Source: Hydrolagus colliei (taxonomy: Eukaryota). Taken from it: 64,000 nucleotides of DNA. Made by a program: the position numbers and the translations under genes. Where the stretch lies: positions 4,960,001 to 5,024,000 of the forward strand of contig CM068757.1 of assembly GCA_035084275.1 (NCBI GenBank). The letters are read 5' to 3'. The notes under the pieces were generated by a model that was not told the origin of the DNA, did not search any database, and saw nothing but the letters and a program-made list of their open reading frames with translations. How positions within the stretch are numbered: the stretch's first letter is position 1; the number at the start of each line of letters is the position of its first letter. This document shows positions 37,696 through 49,587 of the stretch, piece after piece.

Positions 37696-38569
37696 TAATA
37701 ATAAATCCCGAAGATTGATCTTATTATTGTTGCTATTGATAGCAAGATAGGCAACTGCCTTTTGAGAAGGAATACAAATTCCTACTTAAGGAATCAGATC
37801 AAAACTCACAATCACCTTTTGGCTAAATTCATTCCAACCCATCAGTGTAAATGTAACTGATTCAATTTGCAGCCATGATTCAACAACTAAAATGTGTTTC
37901 CTCACAGAAATCAATGTTTTGACAGCACAAGTATTATGCTGGCGGTCTTGGTATCAGGTGAGTATTTTCTCATGATGTGTTTATTAGGTTCACGCATGTT
38001 TTGTGTGAGAACATCCCATTCCCACAGGATAGATGCTGATATTCTCTCACACCTTGCAGCAGATGGATTGGCTACTGGGGAAGCTGGTGACAATTGTCAG
38101 CTGAATATAGCAGAGTAATCAATAGTTGAGAGGGCAAGCTGTGTTGTTAATGGAGGACCCTATAGTCATTTATATAAATAGCTTGCAGCTCCTGCATGGT
38201 AGCAATCTCAAATTAATACCAGGTCATGCTGGCGGAGAATGCACAGTATGTGTTGCAAGAGACACAAGCGCTAATTCGAGTCAGGGTTTTTGCAGCCAGC
38301 TGAAGGGAATTTATTGTTCTTGCATTGTATTTCATACTCTGTATGGTGACTTGCATGTTGGACTGAGGCCTCTGTAATTTGAATGCAAGCAATTCAGTAT
38401 CATTGGATACCAGATTGATCAAGCAGGGCAAGTTTCAATGGGATGAACCTGAGTGCCTTCGGAAGCACACGTGGTTTATCAAATTGTTCCTCTTTCTGCA
38501 CAACCATTGATCCAAGACTTGAAGGTTGCGGAATAAACAGTTATTCGGCGGTCAAGGGTTTGAACATGA

Positions 38570-38640
38570 CAAGGCCATGGAGGGCTTTGAAGGTGAAGAC
38601 CCAGGATCTTGAATTGAATCCTCTGAATGATGGCCAACAG
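38570..38640 (-). mobile_element. L2 ORF2 C-terminal fragment
   Basis: Minus strand reads QRIQFKIL / TFKALHGL, the L2 motif RI.FKIL...FKALHGLAP. Confidence 0.7.
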
Positions 38641-39106
38641 AGGGCCAACAAAGACAGATATCCTCAGCAGGACATAAAAGGGGTTAAAATAATTTGAAGA
38701 ATCCTGAGCAGCATGATGTCAAGTGATTAAAAATATACCTCCACAGTCTATTGTACTTGTCCTGCCACATTCATACTCTAACTACTGTACATTTCTTTCT
38801 AAAGGTTAAAGATCAGAGAGGAGAAAATCTTAGCTGACAAAGATGATGGATTTGTACTCACTCAAACTCATTTTCCTGTCTGAGATTTCACCAGAGGCTT
38901 CTTTATGTGGAGAGAAAATATCTATGACTGGACTTATCGCTGAAGGTAACCGTCAGTTTAGCCTTTGAGTATTCAGGAAATGACAATGACTCACTTGGGG
39001 TAGAAATCCACCTTGCTCTACACTGACTGTAATAAAGTAGCATTTCAAAGCACCCAGAATTTGGCAAATTGACGAACGCTGTCTTCCTTTTGAAGCCGGC
39101 TTCCTA

Positions 39107-39177
39107 TAGTTCTTAAAGAATAGCTCTTAAAGAATTGTAGTTCTTTAAGAGTTCTTAAAGAATTTAGTTCTTAAAGA
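39107..39177. repeat. Short tandem array of TAGTTCTTAAAGAA-like units (~5)
   Basis: tagttcttaaagaa tagctcttaaagaa ttg tagttctttaaga gttcttaaagaa tt tagttcttaaaga. Confidence 0.9.
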
Positions 39178-40039
39178 TTTTTTTAATAAATAATCAAAAT
39201 TGGGCTGTATTTAAGAATTTTGCAAAATACTAGACCCTCTGAATTGCTAATAAAAATAAATTAAATCTGGACTCAGGTGGAATTTTACTTCTATCTTTCT
39301 GGGTTTTTAATAGTCTCCAAATTACAGGCCTAAAGGTCTTGATTGAAAAGGTAACATTAGATATGATGTCCATATTTTGAATCATTTATAAAACATACAT
39401 CTTTTAATCAGGTCGGCGAGGAATTGAAAATAAAATCTTCTGTTTTAGAAAAACAGTATTATTTTTTGGAGAACAGTTATGATATCTCTTTATAGGAATT
39501 ATTGGAGCAGCAATACAACCATTGAAACACGGCTTGTATGCCTCCAGGGACAAGCATCTAGTTTCCAGAAATTGTTTGAATTCTTGAAACAAGATCATTT
39601 ATATCCACTGCAGAAAGCTGTACTGAGCACACCTGATAAAAAAAAGTGACTGGTTTGAGAATCATATGTGTACCTCGTAGGTTTATATAGAAGCTGTCAT
39701 TTTATACATTTTAAATGAAAAATGTGCCCTGTTACATGACTGTTATACTTAACTGAGATCTTCTATCACCAACAAAGCTTGTGGTAGTTCAGGCATATAG
39801 ATTACAGCATACATGATCAGAATAAATTGTCAATCTTTACCTGATGTGTTTCTGCAACATGTTTTCGCACCAGTTTTGAGTAAGGGAAACATTTCACATT
39901 TATGTGTCAGTTGTTCATCCCTGGTAAATGACTGCTTACTTTCCAAGCTTTTGCCAATGCTTCTTCAGTAAGTTACTCTCCGGGACAGGTTAGGGTCTCT
40001 CCTCAATCTATCTCCTTCTTGAGTTAAAGCACTCGGATT

Positions 40040-40290
40040 TGGATCTGTTTCAAAACAAGCACATATCCATTAAGTTTTCTCTTGAAAGCGAGTATACTTC
40101 TGCTTGGACAATTGCCCCCAACAGGACAGTCCACATCCAAACAATTCCTTTTGTGGTCAGAGTTGTAAAGTCCATGGGACTTATCCAAGCTGCTTCATAG
40201 AATATTGTTTCTAAAAGGTCCTCAGATGGAGCGGATTTTACTTTAAACCCAAGTAAGCGATGAAAATCCCTTGGTACTTTCAAATTTGTC
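40040..40290 (-). mobile_element. Degenerate CR1 ORF2 C-terminus
   Basis: TKGIVWMWTVLLGAIVQA then frameshifted SILAFKRKLNGY (cf. TQRVV..WN.LP..VVEA.SI..FKRKLD.Y). Confidence 0.55.
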
Positions 40291-40494
40291 TGTCAACAGT
40301 CCCAGGTTGACATTTTTACTCATTTTAACATTTTTTTAAATTTGCATTTTCACCACAGACATCTGCTATTAGAAATGCTTTTGGAAACAATCTTGAAAAA
40401 TTACAAATGCAATGTTTATTGAAGATATTATTTGTCAGTAACCTATAAGTTTCTTTACTCCACACTCTTGATAATAACCCCTACAAAAATACTA

Positions 40495-40652
40495 ATAATA
40501 AATTGGTCAATTCAATCCATGACTTTGTGGGACACTGCTGTGTGGAATTGGCTGCTGCATTTTGCCCACAAATATAGTCAATTCACTTTCTATGAAGTGC
40601 TTTGAGACTCTAGATGACGTGAAACACGCTAAATCAAATGCAAGTAGTATTA
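40495..40652 (+). mobile_element. Deu-domain SINE 3' half
   Basis: aaattggtcaattcaatcc...gtgggacactgctgtgtggaattggctgctgc...aaatgcaag. Confidence 0.85.
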
Positions 40653-41310
40653 GAAGTAAAGTGAAGCCTCTTACAGGGGTTTGCTGTCAAGTTATTTCCT
40701 CTAATTTCAGTGACTGGTCAACAGAGTAAACTATTCGATGACCTAACAGCTCATTTGAGTTATTTACAAATGATGACCAGGGATAATTATTTGATGGTGA
40801 AGCTATTATTTTGGCTCGGTGATGCTCCTGCATAAAAATAAATCAAGCAAGTGTAAAGATCACTGCATTCTGACTGGAACCATTGATTGATACTTACCTT
40901 ACCTTAGAGACATCAAGGAATTGGTAAAAACACATTATATATTGCCACAAGAAAATATACAACTGCCAAATCTAAATTCTTGATTAGTATAAAACATGCA
41001 GTCGCTTTAGTTTGTTGAGAAGCTACATAGTATGGAGTTCAGGTATTATCCAACCATCTGCTGAAGATGCAAAATAGATCCATTTGTTTGCTTGATGTGC
41101 TTGCACAAGCAGTCTTTAAGAATAAATTGCAATCATCTGGTTGACATGATGCTTTAGTCTTCAGTGTTTTCCAATTCTGTTCCAGTCTCTTCATTGAAGC
41201 TATCCAAATGGGATGATGACATTTATTTGCTGGCACGATGGAAGAGGCAAAATCCAAAAGGTAGAAAAGTGCACAAAATGATGGATGCTCCCAATTCACT
41301 CACAAGGACA

Positions 41311-41370
41311 TAATAAAAATAATCCTTGCATTTTATATAGCGCTTTTCACATCTTCTAGACATCTCAAAG
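41311..41370 (-). mobile_element. SINE 3' tail (hairpin-only copy)
   Basis: aatccttgcattttatatagcgcttttcacatcttctagacatctcaaag. Confidence 0.8.
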
Positions 41371-41984
41371 ACATGGTCAGGACTTTGCAAATACCATGAA
41401 CCTTCTTAGCTTTGTTTTTTTTCCCCAGCTCATCACTTGTCTTGTTTTTTTAATCTATTTCAGCCCATTTACTTTGAGGTTCCCATGGACGCTGTATGTA
41501 TCAAACAATATTGGAAATGCAGAAACTGATTCAATAACCCTTTCAAACTGTGATAGGCACAAATCGGAACTCTGGGTTGAGTGTGCATTGACGACAAAAA
41601 AATATATATACTTTGTCCCCAAAGGTCCACTGCATGATTTGCTAATGTTACAGCTAAATGAAAACCATAGCCTCCAATCCTTGGAATTTATGGAATATAA
41701 ATATCACAGACAATGTGTAGTTTTTGGAGTGGCTTTTTTAAAATCTTACAAATCATTCAAAACATTTCAATTTCATAGGTGGCTGGAGACAGGACACTTT
41801 TTGACATTTCATAATTCACTGCTCAGTGAAATGATTTTTCATTTTAACACAAAGCCCGGTTTACAAAGGTGTGGGGCAAGGAAATCCTCCTGCCACTAAG
41901 TGTAGAGATATCGATGCTGTTCACCAACTTCTTCCAGTGCCCTGAACAACAACCCTCTAGATAAACTGAGTATTCATTTCATGT

Positions 41985-42053
41985 CAGCGTCTTGAGACGT
42001 GCTCCCAACGTGAAAGGCGCTATACAAGTGTAATTTTATGTTCCTGTTGTTGT
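41985..42053 (+). mobile_element. L2 3' tail (hairpin-only copy)
   Basis: cagcgtcttgagacgtgctcccaacgtgaaaggcgctatacaagtgtaatttt. Confidence 0.8.
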
Positions 42054-42914
42054 GTCTGGTTGTGGGACTTTGTTGTGGGCATATTGGCTGCTGTTGCTTC
42101 TGCATCAATTGGAAATGGACCCCATGATCTTTTGGTTTCGATGGATTATACTGAATACTGTTTGATTTAAACAAAAGCTTTTTACTGAATGTACATAATG
42201 GAAAATGAACTGCAGCCACCAAAAAGACCACATGCTTTACGAAGCCAATCGCAACTTAAAATCAGCCCAGTTCATGAGTTTACTCTCAAACTAAATCCGA
42301 GGAGATGCAATGAACTGAGTTATTTATGGAGAAATGCTATTCAAATTACTTTATTACCTTTTGCTTGTGCATTTTTGACACTTTGGGTTCTGGAAGATTA
42401 CCATTGTCCTGGTCAGCTTGTGTTCACAGATGTATTATAAGAATATATTCCAATATTTTCGGTTCTGATAGAACTGTTTCTAAGTACGAGATAACCTCAG
42501 TGACAAGAATTGACCAATCGGGCAGGGTTGATGAACACTTACTGATGAATGGCCAATTTCAGATTTGGGTACCATCGATATCTTTAAAAGCAACACCTAC
42601 TGCTTTCACTCTGTCGCCTTTTTCCTATATTCATGAGGAATCTTTGCCTCACACTCCAGGCCTCTTCACAGTTGCTGAAATGAATGATGGACATAAGGCT
42701 CTGCTCAAAAGCATTTAACGGTTTTCAATAAATTTTCTGCAAACATGACTAGCTCAGCAGCAAACTTGCTGAGACTCGCTGAATCATTATTGACAAACGT
42801 TTTGTTGAAATTCTGGCCAGGCACACTGTTCAAAGGAAATGATAATATGTGCACTTCACGACATTTAATGCCCCAAAAAACTGGATGTAGAAGATCCTGT
42901 TTTTGCTTGTAAGA

Positions 42915-43062
42915 AATAATAATCCTTGCATTTAATATAGCAACTCACCATTTCATCAAAAGGTATCAAAGCACTTCACAGCATTTGACTGTAAAGTGTA
43001 GTGATGATATTGATAGGCTAACACAACAGCCAATTTGCACAACAACGTTCCACAAACTTAAG
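42915..43062 (-). mobile_element. Diverged SINE 3' half
   Basis: aataataatccttgcattt...aaagcacttcacag...cagccaatttgcacaacaacgttccacaaac. Confidence 0.7.
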
Positions 43063-43192
43063 ATGAACAAGGATATTTTAATACAGGAAGAGTCAGGTTT
43101 CAGAATGTTGTTTCATGCTATGACGATAGGGCCAACTTTTACCCTGCTCTTACTTCTGGCCATTGAACACTTGTCATTGGGTTTGAAAAGCT

Positions 43193-43559
43193 GGCATCCT
43201 GTTGGTTAGTAGTTAGAGCATCTGCCATGCAACCGAGAAGACCTGGGTTTGATTCCCAGCAGGATGAAACATTGAGCAAGTTTCTTTACTCCACACGTCT
43301 GTTTATTTAGCAGTAAGTAGGAAACTGGTCTCTCGTCGATGGGGGGATTGGTTTTCCGGGGGTAATAAATCTTTTTAAAAAATAATAATTTGGCCACTCA
43401 ATCCGTGATTGTTTGTGAGAAACTACTGTGTGCAATTGATTGCTGCTTTTCACCCCCAAATCAATCAACTTTGCATTAAATTCTGTGAAGCGTTGAGAGA
43501 GTCTCAATGATGTGATCAGGCGCTATATCAAATGCAAGTATTGTAGTATTATTATTATT
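43193..43559 (+). mobile_element. Full-length tRNA-derived Deu-domain SINE
   Basis: Head ...gttagagc...gacctgggtttgattccc; body and tail colinear with the 34369 copy. Confidence 0.9.
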
Positions 43560-44063
43560 GTTGTTATTTGTTTTAGTTACATCAATGATGGAGGGTCACA
43601 TTTTAAACACAAATATTTAATGGAAAGCATAACATTTTTGGATTTCGCTATTTTACGAGTCCTCAACAACAAGCCATTTAAAGATACACAGATTTCTGTA
43701 AATTTATTTTCAATTTATTTCAGTTCATTCATATGAAACCACAAAAGAACATTTGTTTTGGTTCATGACTCCTACCTAACCATAATTAAACACAGGAACC
43801 ATCACTGTCGGTAACTGAGCTGAACACCTGCTCGTTTAACAAAGAAACACAAAAAGGAAAAAAAAAATTAAATTATAAAATTGCATTTCCTGGCCTCAAA
43901 ACACTTCTTTTTGTTTAGCAAAGACTAAAGGCAATATTTACTCAATTGCTTTCCCATGCTAATTTGAATACATATATTCTTATGGCTTTGTTTCGAAGAA
44001 AGCGGGGAATGAGAAAGTGTATTTGACACATCAAGTTTGCTCTCCATTGACCATTTAAAACCT

Positions 44064-44188
44064 ACTTTATTTGGACTAAACCTACCCCTCTATCTCCCAG
44101 AGGAAATTTCTCAGCACATATAACCTGATCCTCAAAGATAATCCAGCTAAACCTCCGGAATATTCACTAATCCCCACATCTTCACCAT
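44064..44188 (+). repeat. Local direct duplicate, copy A (partner 45602-45727)
   Basis: About 125 bp with 10 differences by manual alignment. Confidence 0.95.
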
Positions 44189-44674
44189 TCAGCCTCGGTT
44201 TGCTTCATTCCATCACTCTTCCATCCTAATCCCAGGTGCATTGAAATCATTTTAATGGAGTATTTTTATATTTCAGTCCTCAGTTTTCCCCAAATACTCT
44301 AATATCATTCTCAAGCAGAGCTTATCCATTTTTTGAAGGCATTAATCAATGCATCAGGTGTTTTTCTCGGACTCATGCTTCATATATTCGTTGCTCTGTG
44401 GGAAAAGAAAATCCTTTTAATCTCCAGTGTTGTCAGTTTTTCACACTGAAGCCATATTCTCCAGTTCTGCACTCGCAATCTAAATCAAAAGGTTTGTGCC
44501 TTTCGGCATTTGCAAGACCTGGCGACAGTCGATCCCTAGATAGAGTCAATTTAATATTTTGTACTGGTTTCCTAATAAAATGAAATTATGCAGTGGATCT
44601 TTAGAGCAATGCACAGAGGTGTTTTAACAAGTTGCATAAACTCCATCCCGAGGTCCCCTCCATGCTGCTCTGAA

Positions 44675-44742
44675 ACAGTGCCTTGGGACATCCTCCCGAC
44701 GTGAAATGCACTATACAAATGTAATTTTGTTGTTTTGTTGTT
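44675..44742 (+). mobile_element. L2 3' tail (hairpin-only copy)
   Basis: cagtgccttgggacatcctcccgacgtgaaatgcactatacaaatgtaattttgttgtt. Confidence 0.85.
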
Positions 44743-45601
44743 GAAACTGCAGGATAATGGATCCAAACTTCCTAAGGTAAATTCATACTGCTCGATTCTG
44801 AAGTACATTTGAAGCAATGGGTGTTTTTTTTTATCAATAAATCTTCCCAGACCAGATGTCTAGAGGTTGCTGACTCCCAATTGGGTCTCATGGGATATGT
44901 CAGTAGATATTATCTCTTGCATGGAAGTAATATTCATAAATTAGACAAAAGTCAATAAAAAATATCTATGAGGGATTCAAATGCATGTTTATTTGGCACT
45001 ACTATATTAAATGTAACACAATACTTTGGACCCAAGGTAAGGCATGAGTTTATTTGGGTCAAATGAGATATTTATTTTCATCTAAATTAATTGCTCATCT
45101 TTTTATAAAGTACCAACGTCTATGGCATTCTGCAGAGTACCCAACATTGATTAGAATGCTGCTCAATAAAACAATAATTTTAATTATTATATGCTTGTGG
45201 TCTTAATAATAGTGGCTTTCAAATCATTCTTACACACGAATGAAGATCACATTGAAATCTTCACTCGCGCGAAAACATCGATAGCGAATGGATGCACTTT
45301 CTGTCTATTGCACTTTGTGCTCGCAGGCAATTTCAGTTGGCAAGCACAGAATGACAGTATGGGTTCAGACCTTCACATTTCATCTTAAAACACATAGCAT
45401 TTTAAGATTAAGCAATACACTTAAATCTGAATTATGCGGAGTTGATGGTACTTAAGATATAGATCTTTATATGTGATGGTGTTAAAGATTTTGTATCAGT
45501 CATTGTTAATTCTGCAAGCCAAAGTCCTAATGAATAAGATCTTAGCTGGACAAACAGCTCAAAGCTTTGGGACAAATGAGATATTTATTTTCATTTATTG
45601 G

Positions 45602-45727
45602 ACTTTATTTGAACTAAACCTATCCCCTCTATCTCTCGGAGGAAAGTTCTCAGTACATGTAATCTGATCCTCAAAGATAATCCAGCTAAACCTCCAGAAT
45701 ATTCACTAATCCCCACATCTACACCAT
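45602..45727 (+). repeat. Local direct duplicate, copy B (partner 44064-44188)
   Basis: Shares ctgatcctcaaagataatccagctaaacctcc.gaatattcactaatccccacatct with copy A. Confidence 0.95.
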
Positions 45728-46304
45728 GTTGGTTGCAATGGCAAACTACAGAGCTTTAACCCGGTTAGCCTGATTATGAAACATCGAACAGGAGCATGAG
45801 AATAAAGAACACTCTGGACTTTAGACTGCTCCAGATCGTACTCTTCTATGAGACCTGGGGAGGGGAGGTTAATCTTCAGCGGTGTTCAGGATTATCATCC
45901 CGATGTTCAGAACTGGAAGGATCTCTGCTCCAAGAGTTGCATGGATTAACGGTGAGGAGAAGAAATACTCTCTAAGTATTTAACGTCCACGAGGAAATTT
46001 ATGTGCATCGTGAGAAAAAACAGTAGAAAGGTGAATTAATAAATGAACGGCCATCCCATTGCTGTCTTTGTAGCCACAAGCCGCATTCGATAAAGGAAAA
46101 GTGCTGGTAATTGTCCTCCAGTCCACTGGATGGCACAGAAGTGCAGGGTACATGTATGGTGTTAATGTCCTCTCAAAATGGATTAGAACAATGTCTGACG
46201 GTGTGACAATATTTTCTCTCACCTAAATAAATTCTTACATTCAGTTGTCCCCTCTTCACTGCTTACAATCAGTCCTAAGTGACCTCATAATATTCCCTCC
46301 AAAA

Positions 46305-46479
46305 AATAACAACAATAAAATTGGTCATTTCAATCCACGACTGTTTGTGGGGACACTGCCGTGCGCAATTGGCTGCTGCATTTCGCCCACAAATATACAG
46401 TCAATTCACTTTACAGTACATTCTGTGAAGCTGTTTGACATGTCTCGAAGATGTGAAAAGCGCTATATTGAAATGCAAG
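46305..46479 (+). mobile_element. Deu-domain SINE 3' half
   Basis: aaattggtcatttcaatccacgactgtttgtggggacactgccgtgcgcaattggctgc...aaatgcaag. Confidence 0.9.
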
Positions 46480-47419
46480 AGTTAACTAAGTCAGAATATT
46501 GAAGAAACAGAATGCAAATTATTTTCTTGCAAGGGAGATTGTAAAACGTTTTACTGGGGAAATGAGCCCAGAAATACTATCTTTATATTGAAACAGCATG
46601 CAGCTCGAAGTTGAAACAGCAAGGAAGTTGAAAAATGGATGTGTGTTAGAGATGCAGGGATAATATTGCTGTAATTGGCAAGCTGAGAGTTTGCTTTGAT
46701 TTTCAGTTTGTCAGAGTTACAAGGCACATTGCCTCAGCCTGAGTGGTAAAATGGAATTTTATGTCAACAAGTTATTAACACCAATTTTGTACCAAACACT
46801 CACATGGTGTGCAAATCAAACAAAAAACAACATTTGGAAGTTGGAATATCCACGTGATCAGTCAGTCTTATCGCTTGTACAGAGGATCCCATGCCACTAT
46901 TTCAAAGAAACAACACAGTTAATCTCATTATTCGCGCCTTCTGGTCATCTCAGCGAGCCGTAGATTTGCTTCGAGATCCTCACAGGTGAAAAGGTGAAGC
47001 CGCAGGATATTTATCAATCTCACTTTCCCATTATTCCTCCCAGGCTTAGGGAAAAGATGCTGCCCCAAGCAACACAAAACGCACCCTGTCCCATGTTTGA
47101 TTAACATAGTTATCGTTCATCTCTGAAGCCTCCAATCCCATTCCCCATTACGCATTTCCTCCAGCATTTCCTCCTCCATTTCGAAGTGGCTAATTGCTTC
47201 TGCTGTTTCTATGTTACTCTTTCAGGGGGAAAAGTCTTAAAGGTTTACAATTTTAGACACAAACCAGCACTTTGGAAGCACTCACAATGCAATCGCAAAG
47301 ATTAGAACCTCCCTCAAACTCTGCCACATTACACGAGTGACATTACAGAGCAGCAAACCTTGTGTGCTCACTCTTTACACAAACAAACCAGTGTGATTTG
47401 AGGCAAGCCCTTATATAAT

Positions 47420-47602
47420 TGCTGTGTGCAATTTGGCTGCCGCGTTTTGCCCACAAATATACAATCAATTTTCCTACTCTTCTTCATCCTGCCCCGATCC
47501 CTCCCCACCTGCTCTTGTCCCTACCTAACTGTGCAGCGCCTTGGGACGTCCTCTCGACGTGAAAGGTGCTATATAAATGTAAGTTTTGATTTGATTGATT
47601 GA
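47420..47602 (+). mobile_element. SINE core fragment adjoining an L2 3' end
   Basis: tgctgtgtgcaatttggctgccgcgttttgcccacaaatatacaatcaatt (to ~47470), then L2 UTR and cagcgccttgggacgtcctctcgacgtgaaaggtgctatataaatgt. Confidence 0.8.
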
Positions 47603-47994
47603 TATACCAGTTTAATTGTGTTCAATTAACTAAGCACCATCACACAACCAAGCATTTAACCATTTATTCACTGAAAGCTCTATTCTAATTTCAGTTGTTT
47701 TGAAGGGACACAATAACATCTGGTTAAAATATTTATTTGTATCGTGTTGATTTGATGAGAAACTAGTGCCGAATTGAAATTGGAAATTGCAGTTTAATCA
47801 GTGTGAATCACACTGGGGACCAATTGCCAACAGCATCTTGCGAGGAAATTGACTCACGCCATCGCAGTGTAACTACAGGTGATCTGAATCGATTCAGTCT
47901 CTGCTGATAAATTTATCTTTAAAAGTTCTTGGGTAATTCATTGGGCAATTTTTAAAGAGATTATTTTGGGTGCCATTCCAGCTCGCTTCGTTTA

Positions 47995-48140
47995 ACTCTT
48001 CTGAGTCTGAATGTTTTGGATCACACACGCACACATACTGATTTGAATTATTAATGTACTAATGTACTCTGACACCACAGTGAAAAAATACTGGTTCCGG
48101 TGGATGCTAAGGATCCCATGCCACTATTTCGAAGGAACCA
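47995..48140 (+). mobile_element. Ancient AmnSINE/SacSINE-like Deu SINE remnant
   Basis: ctgagtctgaatgttttgga head and ggtggatgctaaggatcccatgccactatttcgaag (recalled Deu motif GGTGGACGTAAAAGATCCCATGGCACTATTTCGAAG). The same motif occurs at ~46883. Confidence 0.55.
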
Positions 48141-48194
48141 CACAAAAGCAAGATACACATTAGAAGTCAAGAAAATGCTAGATATATAGAGGAA

Positions 48195-48303
48195 TAATCT
48201 GCAGGAATTTGCAGGGAAAAGGCCAGCAAATAGCTTTTTCAGAGAGGTAGTAGAGAAACAATGGGTTGAATGGTCTTCTGCGTTGTAAATTTATGTGGTT
48301 CTA
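48195..48303 (+). mobile_element. Degenerate CR1 3' UTR
   Basis: agctttttcagagagg...aatgggttgaatggtcttctgcgttgtaaattt. Confidence 0.55.
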
Positions 48304-48889
48304 ACTTGAGGTTAGCATGTTCAATAAAGTTCTGCAAAGCCATGAGAGCTTTGCCTGAGATGTTCTGATTAAAATTTCAGATTTGACACATGTAGGAAAA
48401 TGGAATACTTACAGAACCCTTTTTGCGAATGCAATCAAAAATATTATTATAAAATATTAAAGCCAGACTCCAGATATAGTATACCTTCGGAATTTTTCAA
48501 TTTCTCTCTGTGAATTTCATATTTCAGTTCATTCTAATGAGACAAATTACAGACATTTTGTAACTTAAAAAGAAACCTGGAAACATAGTTAGTCTAAATA
48601 TGATCAAACATGTTCAATAGTTACAATTGTACCTACAGTACATTGTGATGTCATTCAAATGTCTTCATTCATCCAAAAAAAGTAAAGAGAAACAATAAAA
48701 TAGGATTCTATAATTTAAAATAATTTGCTTCACTTCATGATCATGAAGTAATGCAAATAAAGATTATAGTATAAAACATTCTGAGATCTCCATCGTTTTA
48801 AATTGCAAATCATTACAGTTGGTATCAAGATTTTCACGGGTGTATTTGAGGATCATTTTTGTGCAATTTCGAATTTAAAGAAGTTAAAG

Positions 48890-49142
48890 AATCATTTTAC
48901 ATACATTTCTTCGTCATCCGTGAAAACGCCATAAAGCACTTCACTGCATTTACGGTAAAGTGCAGTTTGTATGTTTTGTGGGTGTATCCATCAACCAATT
49001 TGCACACAGTAATATCCCACACACAGGATGGGTTCGGTGAAGAGATAAATTATCATGCTAATCTGTGGAGATTGTTGTTCAGGTTGTCCGGAGAAATTCT
49101 CTTGGTTTAATATCTCATCTGAAAGATGGCACTTCCAACCAT
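48890..49142 (-). mobile_element. Ancient Deu SINE remnant
   Basis: aaagcacttcac...accaatttgcacacagtaatatcccac and cttggtttaatatctcatctgaaagatggcacttcc. Confidence 0.6.
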
Positions 49143-49150
49143 GTATCCAC

Positions 49151-49176
49151 CATCATCATCATCATCATCATCATCA
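49151..49176. repeat. (CAT)n microsatellite
   Basis: Direct read. Confidence 0.95.
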
Positions 49177-49271
49177 CCAACCATCTTCCTCCCCCATCCC
49201 CAGCATTGTATCAGCCCATTCCGCATGAGTTCAAGTCTTGCTGTGAAGCTTGAACAGTCTTCTGTTTCTGA

Positions 49272-49587
49272 ACCTGCCCACCCACTCCGTTCAGCGTATT
49301 CCGGTCTGTTTCATCTCCCCCGCTTGACTCGCCCTAGTATTGGTGGACGGGCTTTCAGCCTCTCTGTCCCCATACTCGAGAACTCCATCCCACAGTCTCT
49401 GCCTTGCTTCCTCCCTTGCCTCCTTCAAGGCTGATCTCAAGACCCTCCTTTTCGATAGTGCCTTCTGCTGCCCTCCAAACTCTCTCCCTCCCCTCCCCTT
49501 TGCTTGGGTCCTGCCCTGACTGTTCAGCACCTTGGGACATCCTCCCGACGTGAAGGGCACTTTATAAATGTAATTTTTGTTGTTGTT
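49272..49587 (+). mobile_element. L2 LINE 3' end (ORF2 end, UTR, hairpin, (GTT)n)
   Basis: PAHPLRS....L..P....SIGGRAFS..VP.L.NSIPQS (L2 motif GGRAFS..AP.LWNSLP), then the tail. Confidence 0.9.

Noticed and set aside
41396-41899. Longest ORF in the track (167 aa)
   Set aside because: No recognisable domain or exon structure, and the composition mirrors AT-rich non-coding DNA. This length is plausible by chance in 64 kb.
46245-46502. Recurrent peptides such as GTLLCAIGC and QSIHFTVYSVKHF across many ORFs
   Set aside because: These are translations of SINE copies, not a protein family.
46883-48142. Shared 30-mer ggatcccatgccactatttc at ~46883 and ~48110
   Set aside because: It matches a motif of the old Deu-SINE family, so it reflects dispersed repeat copies rather than a local duplication.
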